A DNA stretch of 64,000 nt from Chthoniobacterales bacterium (GTDB taxonomy: Bacteria; Verrucomicrobiota; Verrucomicrobiia; Chthoniobacterales; UBA6821), in NCBI GenBank assembly GCA_035287205.1, contig DATEBV010000367.1:3869-67868 (forward strand). The letters run 5' to 3'. The notes under the pieces are model-generated. The model had not been told where the DNA came from, did no database searches, and was given only the letters and a program-made list of their open reading frames with translations. The translations under genes were made by a program, and so were the position numbers. Shown here in pieces: positions 26,451-34,811 of the stretch. Numbering within the stretch: the first letter of the stretch is position 1; every line of letters begins with the position of its first letter.

Positions 26451-27214
26451 TGAATTATGGCCTTATTACGGGAGCTAGTAGTGGTATTGGAAAAGCAATA
26501 GCATTGCGCATGGCGTCAAAGAAAATTCCGCTGCTTCTTGTGGGGCGGCAGCATTCGTTAATTCCAATACAGGAAGCCATTGGTCAAGCAGGTGGAGTTG
26601 CTGAAATTTTTGATGCTGACCTTGTTAAACATGAACACTGGAAAAGTGAGTTGTCAAAAAATATAGCATCTAAGAATGGAGCACAATGGAGTGTCGTTTT
26701 AGCTGCCTCTATTTTGGGTAGCCCCAGAGAAGAATGTGAACTGAGTAACTATAATCATGTTTTTAATACTAATGTTGTTGGCAATCTTGCCGTGCTTGAG
26801 GCTTGTTTGCCTCAAATGACTCAAACTCAATTTGGAAGAATCGTCTTTTTTGCAGGTGGTGGAGCTGCCTATGCTTATCCAGAATTTCCTGCTTATGCTT
26901 TAAGTAAAGTAAGTACCGTACGGCTTACTGAAAATCTTGCGGCAATTTATCCTCCAAGTACTGGTCTTTCTTTTGTATGCCTTGCTCCTGGTGCTGTTGA
27001 TACTCCAATGCTTGCAAAGGTCATTGCGGCTGGGGGCGAGGTAAAAACAAAAACGAATATTGAAGAGCCTGTCAATTTTGTAGAAGAATATTGTAATTCT
27101 AATTCAAATATTTTAAGCGGACGTTATATTCATGTGAGAGACAATTGGAAGGACTATTTGTCTGGTTCAAAGCAAGTAATCCAGGATCAATTTTTTCTGA
27201 GGCGTATTCAATGA
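26447..27214 (+). CDS. Short-chain dehydrogenase/reductase
   Basis: 'ITGASSGIGKAIA' (TGxxxGxG) and 'YALSK' (YxxxK). Confidence 0.75.
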   Translation: MMNYGLITGASSGIGKAIALRMASKKIPLLLVGRQHSLIPIQEAIGQAGGVAEIFDADLVKHEHWKSELSKNIASKNGAQWSVVLAASILGSPREECELSNYNHVFNTNVVGNLAVLEACLPQMTQTQFGRIVFFAGGGAAYAYPEFPAYALSKVSTVRLTENLAAIYPPSTGLSFVCLAPGAVDTPMLAKVIAAGGEVKTKTNIEEPVNFVEEYCNSNSNILSGRYIHVRDNWKDYLSGSKQVIQDQFFLRRIQ

Positions 27215-28209
27215 AAATTGTCAATATTATTGGGGCTGGTCTTATTGGCCAGGAAAGAATGAAAGCTGTAGCAAAGCTACAAGCAAGTGGTATTCCTATA
27301 AAAGTTGGTTGGGTCTATGATCCCTACCAACAAAAACTTAATATTCTTTCTGTTGAACATGGGTTTAAAACAACAGAAGATATCAATAGGTTTTATGATC
27401 AACCAGCAGATCTTGTCGTTGTTTCTTGTCCTCATGACATTGCTACTGATCATACTTGTAATGCTTTGCAAGCAGGGCATTGCGTTCTTATTGAAAAACC
27501 TATTGGACGCAATTACCTAGAGACGCAACGTATTGCTGAGGCTGCAGGAATCGAGAAACGGCTCTTTGTCGGTTTAAATTATCGTTTTATGCCAGGGGTA
27601 GCAACTCTTATTGAAGATTGGCATGGAGGCCAGTTCGGCAAACCTATTTCTCTAAGCATGCAGATTGGTCATGGAGGAAAGCCAGGAGATGAAAAAACAT
27701 GGAAACTTGATCCTATCCGCTGCGGGGGAGGTGCCCTGCTTGATCCTGGTATTCATATGCTTGATCTCTGTAGATTAATGACAGGTTCCAATCTAACAAT
27801 TCAAGCTGTTACTTCATGGAGTGGATTTTGGAAAACAGGTATTGAAGAAGAAGTTCGTCTTTTATTACAGAATGGTGATGTCGCTATTGCGCTGGAGGTG
27901 AGCGTCGTGCGCTGGCGCAGTCATTTTGAAATTTTTGCTCAAGGTACAGAGGGATATGGCATTGTTACGGGGAGAGGCCGTAGCTATGGGATTCAACGAT
28001 ATCGACGTGGGAAAAGGTGGGGATGGCAATATGCAAAGGATCAAGCAGCCAGTGAGGAAGTTGTTTTAGAGGATTCTTGTGAAAACTCCTTTGCGGATGA
28101 GCTTGCTGCATGTCTTAATCTTAAAGGAATAAATAGTGCTCGTCCTGCAGACTTAAAAGATGGATTAGGCCTTATGGAGTTATACCAGGATATAAAAGCA
28201 CGACTTTAG
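27211..28209 (+). CDS. Gfo/Idh/MocA family oxidoreductase
   Basis: Start ATG 27211 overlaps the preceding stop (ATGA). 'VNIIGAGLIGQER' is the Rossmann motif and 'IEKPI' is the conserved EKP motif. Confidence 0.7.
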   Translation: MKIVNIIGAGLIGQERMKAVAKLQASGIPIKVGWVYDPYQQKLNILSVEHGFKTTEDINRFYDQPADLVVVSCPHDIATDHTCNALQAGHCVLIEKPIGRNYLETQRIAEAAGIEKRLFVGLNYRFMPGVATLIEDWHGGQFGKPISLSMQIGHGGKPGDEKTWKLDPIRCGGGALLDPGIHMLDLCRLMTGSNLTIQAVTSWSGFWKTGIEEEVRLLLQNGDVAIALEVSVVRWRSHFEIFAQGTEGYGIVTGRGRSYGIQRYRRGKRWGWQYAKDQAASEEVVLEDSCENSFADELAACLNLKGINSARPADLKDGLGLMELYQDIKARL

Positions 28210-28239
28210 TGAAGCTATAATCTCTAACAACTAAGACCG

Positions 28240-29220
28240 ATGATTATTACACGATCGCCATTACGAATATCTCTTGGTGGAGGGGGAACCGATCTGCCTT
28301 CTTACTACACAGAACATGAAGGGTTTTTGATTGCAGGAGCTATTAATAAATATGTTTTTATAACTATTAATAAGACATTTACTCCTAAAATATTGCTTAA
28401 ATATTCTAAATTAGAATTGGTTCAAGAAGTGCATGAAATAGAACATCCCATTATTCGTGAAGCACTGCTATCTGTAGAAATAGAACATCCTTATTTAGAA
28501 ATTACTGCAATGGCTGATATTCCTGCAGGAACGGGGTTAGGATCTTCTGGGAGTTTTACCACAGCTTTACTGAAAGCATTGTATGCTCATCGTCGCCACC
28601 TTATGCAACCTCAAGAACTAGCGGAGTTAGCCTGTGATATTGAGATTAACCGGCTTGGAGAACCTATAGGAAAACAAGATCAATATATAGCCGCTTATGG
28701 AGGGCTTACATGCTTTACTTTTCATAAGGATCATCGAGTGACGGCAGAACCATTAAAAGTCTCTACGGAGACAACTTTTGATTTGGAAGATAATATATTA
28801 CTCTTTTTTACAGGGTATTCACGAAGCGCTAGTGGAATTCTTAAGGATCAAAATACCCGTACCAAGTCTAGTGATGATGAAATGTTAAAAAATCTCCATT
28901 TTGTCAAAGAGTTGGGTTATAGAAGTAAGGAGGCATTGGAATTGGGCAATACAACTCAATTTGGAGAGCTGATGCATGAGCATTGGGAGCATAAAAAAAC
29001 GCGTTCTGGAGGCATGTCTAATGCCAATATTGACCACTGGTATGAGGTAGGAATACAAAATGGGGCAGTAGGGGGTAAGCTTGTTGGAGCAGGGGGCGGA
29101 GGTTTTTTAATGTTCTATGCAAAAGATCGGACTAAATTACGGCATGCTATGAAAAAAGAAGGGTTGGAAGAAGTTCGGTTTGGCTTTGATTTTGAGGGTA
29201 CAAAAATTGTCCTTTCGTAA
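28240..29220 (+). CDS. hddA: GHMP sugar kinase, D-glycero-alpha-D-manno-heptose 7-phosphate kinase-like
   Basis: 'PAGTGLGSSGSFTTALL' is GHMP motif II and 'GAGGGGFLMF' is motif III. Adjacent to hddC, gmhA and gmhB homologues. Confidence 0.7.
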   Translation: MIITRSPLRISLGGGGTDLPSYYTEHEGFLIAGAINKYVFITINKTFTPKILLKYSKLELVQEVHEIEHPIIREALLSVEIEHPYLEITAMADIPAGTGLGSSGSFTTALLKALYAHRRHLMQPQELAELACDIEINRLGEPIGKQDQYIAAYGGLTCFTFHKDHRVTAEPLKVSTETTFDLEDNILLFFTGYSRSASGILKDQNTRTKSSDDEMLKNLHFVKELGYRSKEALELGNTTQFGELMHEHWEHKKTRSGGMSNANIDHWYEVGIQNGAVGGKLVGAGGGGFLMFYAKDRTKLRHAMKKEGLEEVRFGFDFEGTKIVLS

Positions 29221-29225
29221 TAAGC

Positions 29226-29281
29226 AGAAAAATAGCCACAAAAGAACACAAAGAAACACAAAAATCAGAACACAAAAAAAG
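29226..29281. repeat. RE-5 solo left end after hddA
   Basis: agaaaaatagccacaaaagaacacaaagaaacacaaaaatcagaacacaaaaaaag. Confidence 0.75.
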
Positions 29282-29409
29282 AATTTTACGAACATATGCT
29301 ACCAACGTCTATGAAGAAGCTGATAGTGTTTAATGGTTTAAATTTTTAGGGGTTTAGGGGAAAGTTTTTCTGTAGCTCCTGCATTTTATCACCTAAACTC
29401 TTAAACTAC

Positions 29410-29431
29410 TATTCGGCCTGTTGGCCGAATA
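29410..29431. repeat. Solo RE-1 terminal hairpin, 8 nt before the hddC ATG
   Basis: TATTCGGCC-TGTT-GGCCGAATA. Confidence 0.8.
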
Positions 29432-29438
29432 ATTATCT

Positions 29439-30131
29439 ATGAATTTGCCTGTAGCCATTCTCGCTGGTGGACTAGCTAAGCGCTTACGACCACTGACGGA
29501 AAATATTCCTAAGCTTTTAGTGGAGGTGGCAGGCGAACCATTTTTTACTCATCAAATCAGGTTACTTAAGAAAGCGGGTCTAACTAAAATTATTCTCTGT
29601 GTTGGGTATCTTGGCGAGATGGTTGTAGAGCACTACGGAGATGGTTCTCGATGGGGTATGGAGATAGACTATTCTTTTGATGGGCCGAAATTATTAGGAA
29701 CAGGGGGAGCACTTATTCAAGCGCTTCCCAAACTAGGAGATGCTTTTTATGTGCTCTATGGTGATAGCTATTTGCCAATTGATTATCAATCGGTAGGAGA
29801 TAGCTTTTTGAAATCAGGCAAAAAAGGACTGATGACTGTTTATAAAAACAAGGACCTTTATGACTCAAGTAATGTCTGGTATGATCAGGAGTGTATCATG
29901 GCTTATGATAAGCAAAGAAAGCTTCCACAGATGCATTATATTGACTATGGGTTAGGAGTCTTTCAATCTGTGGCTTTTGCTAACTATTCTTCTAGCGATA
30001 TAATTGATTTAGCCGAGATACAGAAAGATCTTGTAGTACAGGGAGAATTAGCTGGGTATGAAATAAAAGAGCGTTTTTATGAAGTTGGTTCTCATACAGG
30101 ACTCAAAGAATTGAACAATCTCCTGGCGTAA
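29439..30131 (+). CDS. hddC: Sugar-1-phosphate nucleotidyltransferase, D-glycero-alpha-D-manno-heptose 1-phosphate guanylyltransferase-like
   Basis: 'AILAGGLAKRLRPLTENIPKLLVEV' is the NTP-transferase G-x-G-x-R-L motif. 230 aa, with pathway context. Confidence 0.7.
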   Translation: MNLPVAILAGGLAKRLRPLTENIPKLLVEVAGEPFFTHQIRLLKKAGLTKIILCVGYLGEMVVEHYGDGSRWGMEIDYSFDGPKLLGTGGALIQALPKLGDAFYVLYGDSYLPIDYQSVGDSFLKSGKKGLMTVYKNKDLYDSSNVWYDQECIMAYDKQRKLPQMHYIDYGLGVFQSVAFANYSSSDIIDLAEIQKDLVVQGELAGYEIKERFYEVGSHTGLKELNNLLA

Positions 30132-30140
30132 GCGTTCCAA

Positions 30141-30401
30141 GGAATAGCCACAAAAGAACACAAAGAAACACAAAAAAGAAATTTGGCGATGAATTTGATT
30201 GATTAGTTAGCCTAAGCTGTTTCGTAGCTGTGGGTGCTCTATGTTCTCGCAGGATCTCAATTCACTACTCTCTTATTTTTCACGATAGCGAACATTTTTT
30301 ATATTGAGTTCTTAAATTCATTAAAGAATTTTTATAAAAATTCTTTTTTTGTGTTCTTGTTCTTTGTGTTTTTTTGTGTCCTTTTGTGGCTATTTTCTTC
30401 C
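30141..30401. repeat. RE-5 full-length copy (hddC-gmhA spacer)
   Basis: GGAATAGCCACAAAAGAACACAAAGAAACACAAAAAAG ... internal palindrome AAGAATTTTTATAAAAATTCTT ... CCTTTTGTGGCTATTTTCTTCC. Confidence 0.85.
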
Positions 30402-30482
30402 TTGTTTCTGTTACTTCAATTCAGTTTAAGCTCACTAAAAATCCATTTTCAAAATCAGTTTACCTCCAGGCAGAATCTACTT

Positions 30483-31082
30483 ATGACTTACACAATAAAA
30501 CATCTCAACGAAGCATCAGAAATTATCTCACAAATAGATTCTAATCGGTGTGAACAATGCATCAAAGAGTTGGTGGACCTTCGAGAACGTGGAGGGCGGC
30601 TTTTTATTTTGGGTGTTGGGGGCAGTGCTGCCAATGCCTCGCATGCTGTGAATGATTTTCGTAAGATTGCTGGCCTTGAGGTTTATGCTCCTACTGATAA
30701 CGTGTCGGAGCTTACGGCGCGTACCAATGATGAAGGGTGGGCTACGGTCTTTGTTGAGTGGCTTAAAGGATCAAGATTAAATGAAAAAGATACAGTGTTG
30801 GTTCTTTCTGTGGGTGGAGGAAATCTTGAACAAAATGTTTCGCCTAATTTAGTCAAAGCAGTTCAACTTGCAAAGCATGTTGGGGCAAGAGTTCTTGGTA
30901 TTCTTGGTAAAGATGGAGGATATACTGCAACGGTGGCAGATGCATGTGTTATTATTCCAACAGTAAATCCCAATAATATTACGCCACATGCAGAGGCATT
31001 TCAAGCAGTGATCTGGCATCTTTGGGTTTCCCATCCAGATCTTAAACTCCATCAGACAAAATGGGAGAGTGTTAAACTATAG
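30483..31082 (+). CDS. gmhA: Phosphoheptose isomerase (SIS domain)
   Basis: 'LGVGGSAANASHAVNDFRK' and 'VLSVGGGN' are SIS/GmhA motifs. ATG 30483 is the first start after RE-5 copy 30141-30401; the ORF-track start 30234 lies within the repeat. Confidence 0.8.
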   Translation: MTYTIKHLNEASEIISQIDSNRCEQCIKELVDLRERGGRLFILGVGGSAANASHAVNDFRKIAGLEVYAPTDNVSELTARTNDEGWATVFVEWLKGSRLNEKDTVLVLSVGGGNLEQNVSPNLVKAVQLAKHVGARVLGILGKDGGYTATVADACVIIPTVNPNNITPHAEAFQAVIWHLWVSHPDLKLHQTKWESVKL

Positions 31083-31128
31083 GCTATAGGCTACAGGCCC
31101 AAATGGCTGTTCAGTAGCTTCTTAAAAA

Positions 31129-31210
31129 CTATGCAATGTATTTACACGACACCTTCGCAGCACAATCATTTGGTTCCGATTTTTCCTCCGAAGGAGGGAA
31201 ATCTGAACGC
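31129..31210 (+). repeat. RE-2 copy supplying the gmhB start
   Basis: ctATGcaatgtatttacacgacaccttcgcagcacaatcatttggttccgatttttcctccGAAggagggaaatCTGaacgcc. Confidence 0.85.
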
Positions 31211-31769
31211 CTGCAAACCAGCTATTTTTCTAGATCGAGATGGGACTTTAAACGCACAAGTGGTTAGAGAGGGGAAGCCTTATCCTCCTCAAAGCGTAGA
31301 AGAATTTAGGTTGTTAGATGGTGTTGCAGCAGCATGTCGAGACCTTAAAGCAGCAGGTTTTTTGCTGGTTGTCGTGACGAATCAGCCTGATGTTGGTCGT
31401 GGAGATCAATCATGTACAGTTGTTGAGGCGATGCATATCAAGTTACAGCTCTTGGTTCCTGAAATAGATCGTATTGAAGTTTGCTATGATTCAGGGCGAG
31501 GAGATTTTAGTCGACGAAGAAAACCTGAAATAGGAATGTTAGAAGATGCTTCGGATGCTCTTAATATCGACCTTACATCTTCTTGGATAATTGGTGATCG
31601 CTGGAGGGATATCGATTGTGGAAAGAAGGCTGGCATTAAAACAATTTTTATCGATTATGGCTATGTAGAGGAGTTAAGATATCAATCAGATTTTACTGTT
31701 AAGTCATTGGCTGAGGCTGCGCAGATTATAATCGTTCAGACCAACATAAGCAAAGCTGCAAAAAATTAA
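31131..31769 (+). CDS. gmhB: D,D-heptose 1,7-bisphosphate phosphatase (HAD)
   Basis: 'AIFLDRDGTLN' (HAD motif I), 'VVVTNQPDVGRG' and 'IGDRWRDIDCG'. The only ATG (31131) lies in RE-2 copy 31129-31210. An in-frame CTG at 31203, 5 nt after a GGAGG, would give a canonical-length N-terminus. Confidence 0.8.
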   Translation: MQCIYTTPSQHNHLVPIFPPKEGNLNACKPAIFLDRDGTLNAQVVREGKPYPPQSVEEFRLLDGVAAACRDLKAAGFLLVVVTNQPDVGRGDQSCTVVEAMHIKLQLLVPEIDRIEVCYDSGRGDFSRRRKPEIGMLEDASDALNIDLTSSWIIGDRWRDIDCGKKAGIKTIFIDYGYVEELRYQSDFTVKSLAEAAQIIIVQTNISKAAKN

Positions 31770-31795
31770 CAACGCGGGAATGAAAGAAAGAAAGA

Positions 31796-32201
31796 GGAAG
31801 AGAATAAATTAACCACAAAAGACCACAAAAGAACACAAAAAAAAGAGCCATGCCGGTGAACTTTACTGATTAATATATTTGTTTGCTTTGACTTACACAG
31901 TCTTAAAGTGTAAGGAGATTATAGTGTTAACTTAGTAAATTGTGACTCAGAACTCTTTACTCTTTACCTTCCTGGTAGGTTAATTTCTTCGTCCTAACAT
32001 CGGATGTGGGGTCAGGGTCTCGAATCTTAACCAATGGGAACTCTTATTTTGGGAGTTATCTAAAAGTACAAATTTCTCTGGATTTAAAGTGGAGCGGCCA
32101 TTCTTTGGTCAAGATTGCGAACCCTGATCCCAACATCTAATCTGTTTTTATAATTCGTTAATAGCTATGCTAATAAATTTTTTTCTTTTGTGGTTAATTT
32201 C
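31796..32201. repeat. Composite RE-5-like element (AACCACAAAAG termini) filling the gmhB-tal spacer
   Basis: Left end ggaagagaataaattaaccacaaaagaccacaaaagaacacaaaaaaaag. An inner right end ggttaatttc lies at 31978-31987 and an outer right end ttttcttttgtggttaatttc at 32181-32201. It contains the long inverted repeat 32003-32137. Confidence 0.6.
32003..32137. other. Long imperfect inverted repeat (arms of about 30 nt, spacer of about 74 nt)
   Basis: gatgtggggtcagggtctcgaatcttaacc ... ggtcaagattgcgaaccctgatcccaacatc. A related half-site, ttggggtcagggttggcgctaagttaag, lies at 44886-44913. Confidence 0.45.
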
Positions 32202-32207
32202 TTTAAT

Positions 32208-32281
32208 CCTTTCTTGTCACGAAGTGACCAAAAATCAACTTAAACTTAAACTTTCAACTTAAACTTACTGCAAAGCAGTAA
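32208..32281 (+). mobile_element. RE-1L fragment with a substituted terminal hairpin
   Basis: cttgtcacgaagtgaccaaaaatcaacttaaacttaaac, then TTACTGC-AAA-GCAGTAA in place of the CGG hairpin. Confidence 0.6.
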
Positions 32282-32285
32282 AAAA

Positions 32286-32366
32286 CTATACAATGCATTC
32301 ACACTATACTTCTGTAGCACAATCATTTGGTTCAGGACCGTCCTCCGAAGGAGGGGGGCTGAACGC
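32286..32366 (+). repeat. RE-2 copy supplying the transaldolase start
   Basis: ctatacaATGcattcacactatacttctgtagcacaatcatttggttcaggaccgtcctccGAAggaggggggCTGaacgc. Confidence 0.85.
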
Positions 32367-33081
32367 TTGCCTTAATAATCTTAAAATAGCTATTTATGCT
32401 GATGGCGCTGATAAAAAAGGTATTATCGACCTTTATCATCAACCTTATATTAAAGGATTAACAACAAATCCTACACTCATGCGTAAAGCAGGAATTACTA
32501 ATTATGAAGGTTTTGCTCGTGAAATTCTTGAAGTAGTAACGAATAAACCACTTTCATTAGAAGTTTTTTCAGATGAGTTTCAGGAAATGAAGAGGCAGGC
32601 GCTCAAGATTAATTCATGGGGAGCGAATGTTTATATTAAGATACCGATTACAAATTCTCATGGAGAATCTTCGCTGTCTTTGATTCAAGAACTTGGAAAA
32701 GAAGGGATGAAACTCAATATCACAGCGTTACTAACGGTTCAACAGGTAGAAGGAGTTGCTCAAGTATTAAATCCTGAAGTTCCTTCTGTGGTTTCTGTAT
32801 TTGCTGGTCGTATTGCTGACACTGGAGTTGATCCTATGAACATTATGAGATCCGCAAAAACTATTCTTAAACAGCAGCCTAAGGCAGAACTTCTTTGGGC
32901 TTCTGTCCGAGAGGTTTTTAATATTATGCAGGCAGAAGAATCAGGTTGTGACATAGTCACTGTGCAGCATGATATTCTAGCAAAAGCTGCAACTATGCTC
33001 GGGAAAGATCTCACAGAACTTTCTTTAGAAACAGTACAAATGTTTGCAAGAGACGCTATAGAGTCAGGTTTTTCTTTGTGA
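32293..33081 (+). CDS. Transaldolase / fructose-6-phosphate aldolase family protein
   Basis: 'GLTTNPTLM' and 'YIKIPIT' (active-site Lys region) in a short Tal/Fsa-type protein. ATG 32293 lies in RE-2 copy 32286-32366, with an in-frame CTG at 32359. Confidence 0.75.
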   Translation: MHSHYTSVAQSFGSGPSSEGGGLNACLNNLKIAIYADGADKKGIIDLYHQPYIKGLTTNPTLMRKAGITNYEGFAREILEVVTNKPLSLEVFSDEFQEMKRQALKINSWGANVYIKIPITNSHGESSLSLIQELGKEGMKLNITALLTVQQVEGVAQVLNPEVPSVVSVFAGRIADTGVDPMNIMRSAKTILKQQPKAELLWASVREVFNIMQAEESGCDIVTVQHDILAKAATMLGKDLTELSLETVQMFARDAIESGFSL

Positions 33082-34493
33082 ACATTCTCTTTGTTCTTTA
33101 TGGAGGGTTCGAAACGAACTCTTCTATTCTCTTAACTTTATTTGCGAAAGAGCTTACAAAACGGGGCCATCAGTGTGCTATTGTAATTCATAGTGACCAT
33201 CAAGAGGGGGTTATCGAGCATCAAGAATATATTTCTAGTTTTCATCCTGCTAAAGTTCTTGAGAATCCTGGGTGCTGTTTTAAAAATAATAGAAGAGCAG
33301 ATATCATTCATGCATGGACTCCACGGCAAAATGTATGCCAATTTGTTCTTGATTACCAAGCACATTATCCAACACCGCTACTTATTTATAGTGAAGATAA
33401 TGAAGAGTGGATTTCTACACAATTTATTGATCGTTCAGGGAGTAAAATAGAAGAAGAAACGGAAGCGTCTCTTCAAATGAAGATACCAACTTGTTTATCG
33501 CATCCTTACAATTATAAAGCTTTTCTTGGATTGGCTGATGCTGCAGCCATCATCATTCCTAAGCTTGTAGAGGATATTCCTTCATGGTTATTTTATGAAG
33601 TAATCATGACAGGTGTTGATTTAGATTATTTTTATCCTCGTTCGGCTAATAACGCCTTAAAGGAAGCACTTCATCTTAAGCCTCAGCAAAAAATTATTGT
33701 TTATTGCGGCGGAGTTAATCAGTTTACTGCACAAAGTATAAAATCATTGTGTCAGATGGTTTTTTTACTGAATAAAGAAGGCTGTTCTTGTCGTTTGTTA
33801 CGGAGCGGGAGAGAAAAACTATCAATAATTCCTGGGATAACAGCGAAAGAATTGAAATATGTATCAGACCTTGGCATTTTGCCAAGATCAGAGCTTCCGA
33901 ATCTGATGTCTTTAGCTGATGTTTTTGTTCAGCCTGGAGTGCCAAGTCCTTTTGAGGAGTTAAGGCTTCCTTGTAAAATTCCTGAATTTATGGCGATGGG
34001 GATTCCGACAATTCTTCCAAATTGCAACATAGCATCGTTAATGACTCATGGTGAAGATGCTCTGATTCATGAAACAGGAGCTCTTGAAGAAATTACAACT
34101 CTTTGTAAAAAAGTATTTTGCGATGAAATATTAACGAGAAAGCTTAAAGAAGGAGCGCGACAATTTGCTGTAAAATATTTTGACTACCAGCAAAAAGTTG
34201 ATCAGCTTGAAAAGCTTTATCAAAAAGCGATGGATCAGTATCACAATCATCAATCGCAATTATTTTGGGAATCAAATAGTTCTGAAAAATCTCCATCACG
34301 ATTATTTGTTAAAAAACTTCATCATCTTTTACAACAGACAGAATCTTTCAGTCAAGAGAGGCAAAAAGGGATTACTGCTGAACTCGCCGCAGTAGCTCTC
34401 GATTTTCAAGAACGTCTTTGTTTACGTGATAGGCAATTTGAACATCTTAAAAAAAAGAGGAAGTCTAAGATAGCAAGGCTTTTTGGATACTAA
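33078..34493 (+). CDS. GT-B glycosyltransferase (family 4/1-like) with C-terminal coiled-coil tail
   Basis: GTG start overlapping the preceding stop. 'FVQPGVPSPFEELRLPCKIPEFMAMGIPTILPN' fits the GT4 E-x7-E region. Confidence 0.55.
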   Translation: MNILFVLYGGFETNSSILLTLFAKELTKRGHQCAIVIHSDHQEGVIEHQEYISSFHPAKVLENPGCCFKNNRRADIIHAWTPRQNVCQFVLDYQAHYPTPLLIYSEDNEEWISTQFIDRSGSKIEEETEASLQMKIPTCLSHPYNYKAFLGLADAAAIIIPKLVEDIPSWLFYEVIMTGVDLDYFYPRSANNALKEALHLKPQQKIIVYCGGVNQFTAQSIKSLCQMVFLLNKEGCSCRLLRSGREKLSIIPGITAKELKYVSDLGILPRSELPNLMSLADVFVQPGVPSPFEELRLPCKIPEFMAMGIPTILPNCNIASLMTHGEDALIHETGALEEITTLCKKVFCDEILTRKLKEGARQFAVKYFDYQQKVDQLEKLYQKAMDQYHNHQSQLFWESNSSEKSPSRLFVKKLHHLLQQTESFSQERQKGITAELAAVALDFQERLCLRDRQFEHLKKKRKSKIARLFGY

Positions 34494-34536
34494 TTAGAAC
34501 TTGACTTTATCGCGATTAAGTGACACTGTTACACCT

Positions 34537-34791
34537 ATGGTTGCTAATTTATCAATAAGTATTAAAGAACTTCATGCTAAGACTGGAGCGCAAGTACGTC
34601 GAGTGAATAAGAGTCGAAGTCCGATTACAGTAACAGATCGAGGAAAGCCGATTGCTGTTTTGATAGCGCCGAATTTTATTGCAGCTAATCCTCGACATCG
34701 TACTTTACTCCCAGAATATGCTAAGCTGTTGTCAAGATCCTTATCCAACGATGTGCTTGATGATCTTGATGCCATTCGAGGAGATCGTTAA
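34537..34791 (+). CDS. Type II antitoxin, Phd/YefM-like (VapB-type partner)
   Basis: 'ISIKELHAKTGAQVRRV...PITVTDRGKPIAVLIAP' is a typical Phd/YefM N-terminus. Immediately precedes a PIN gene. ORF track uses TTG 34501. Confidence 0.6.
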   Translation: MVANLSISIKELHAKTGAQVRRVNKSRSPITVTDRGKPIAVLIAPNFIAANPRHRTLLPEYAKLLSRSLSNDVLDDLDAIRGDR

Positions 34792-34811
34792 ACCCGGTAT
34801 TTAAACCGCCC

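Noticed and set aside
29226-29281. A CRISPR array, suggested by the recurring 'cacaaaagaacacaaa' and 'ttaaacttaaactt' motifs
   Set aside because: The motifs are 8-12-nt tandem iterations inside MITE termini, not 25-40-nt repeats separated by unique spacers. There are no cas genes in the window.
30234-30482. N-terminal extension of gmhA, and other ORFs made of repeat sequence (2184-2405, 4429-4611, 44305-44793, 44857-45048, 57301-57573, 58475-58681, 59580-59801)
   Set aside because: These consist almost entirely of RE-1, RE-5 or RE-6 sequence (for example, FCVLLWLF comes from the T-rich TIR). The same sequences occur in non-coding contexts. GmhA homology starts only at M 30483.
31170-31210. 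The RE-2 hairpin as a Rho-independent terminator
   Set aside because: No T-run follows the stem. Six of eight copies lie at gene 5' ends inside the annotated ORFs, in the sense orientation.
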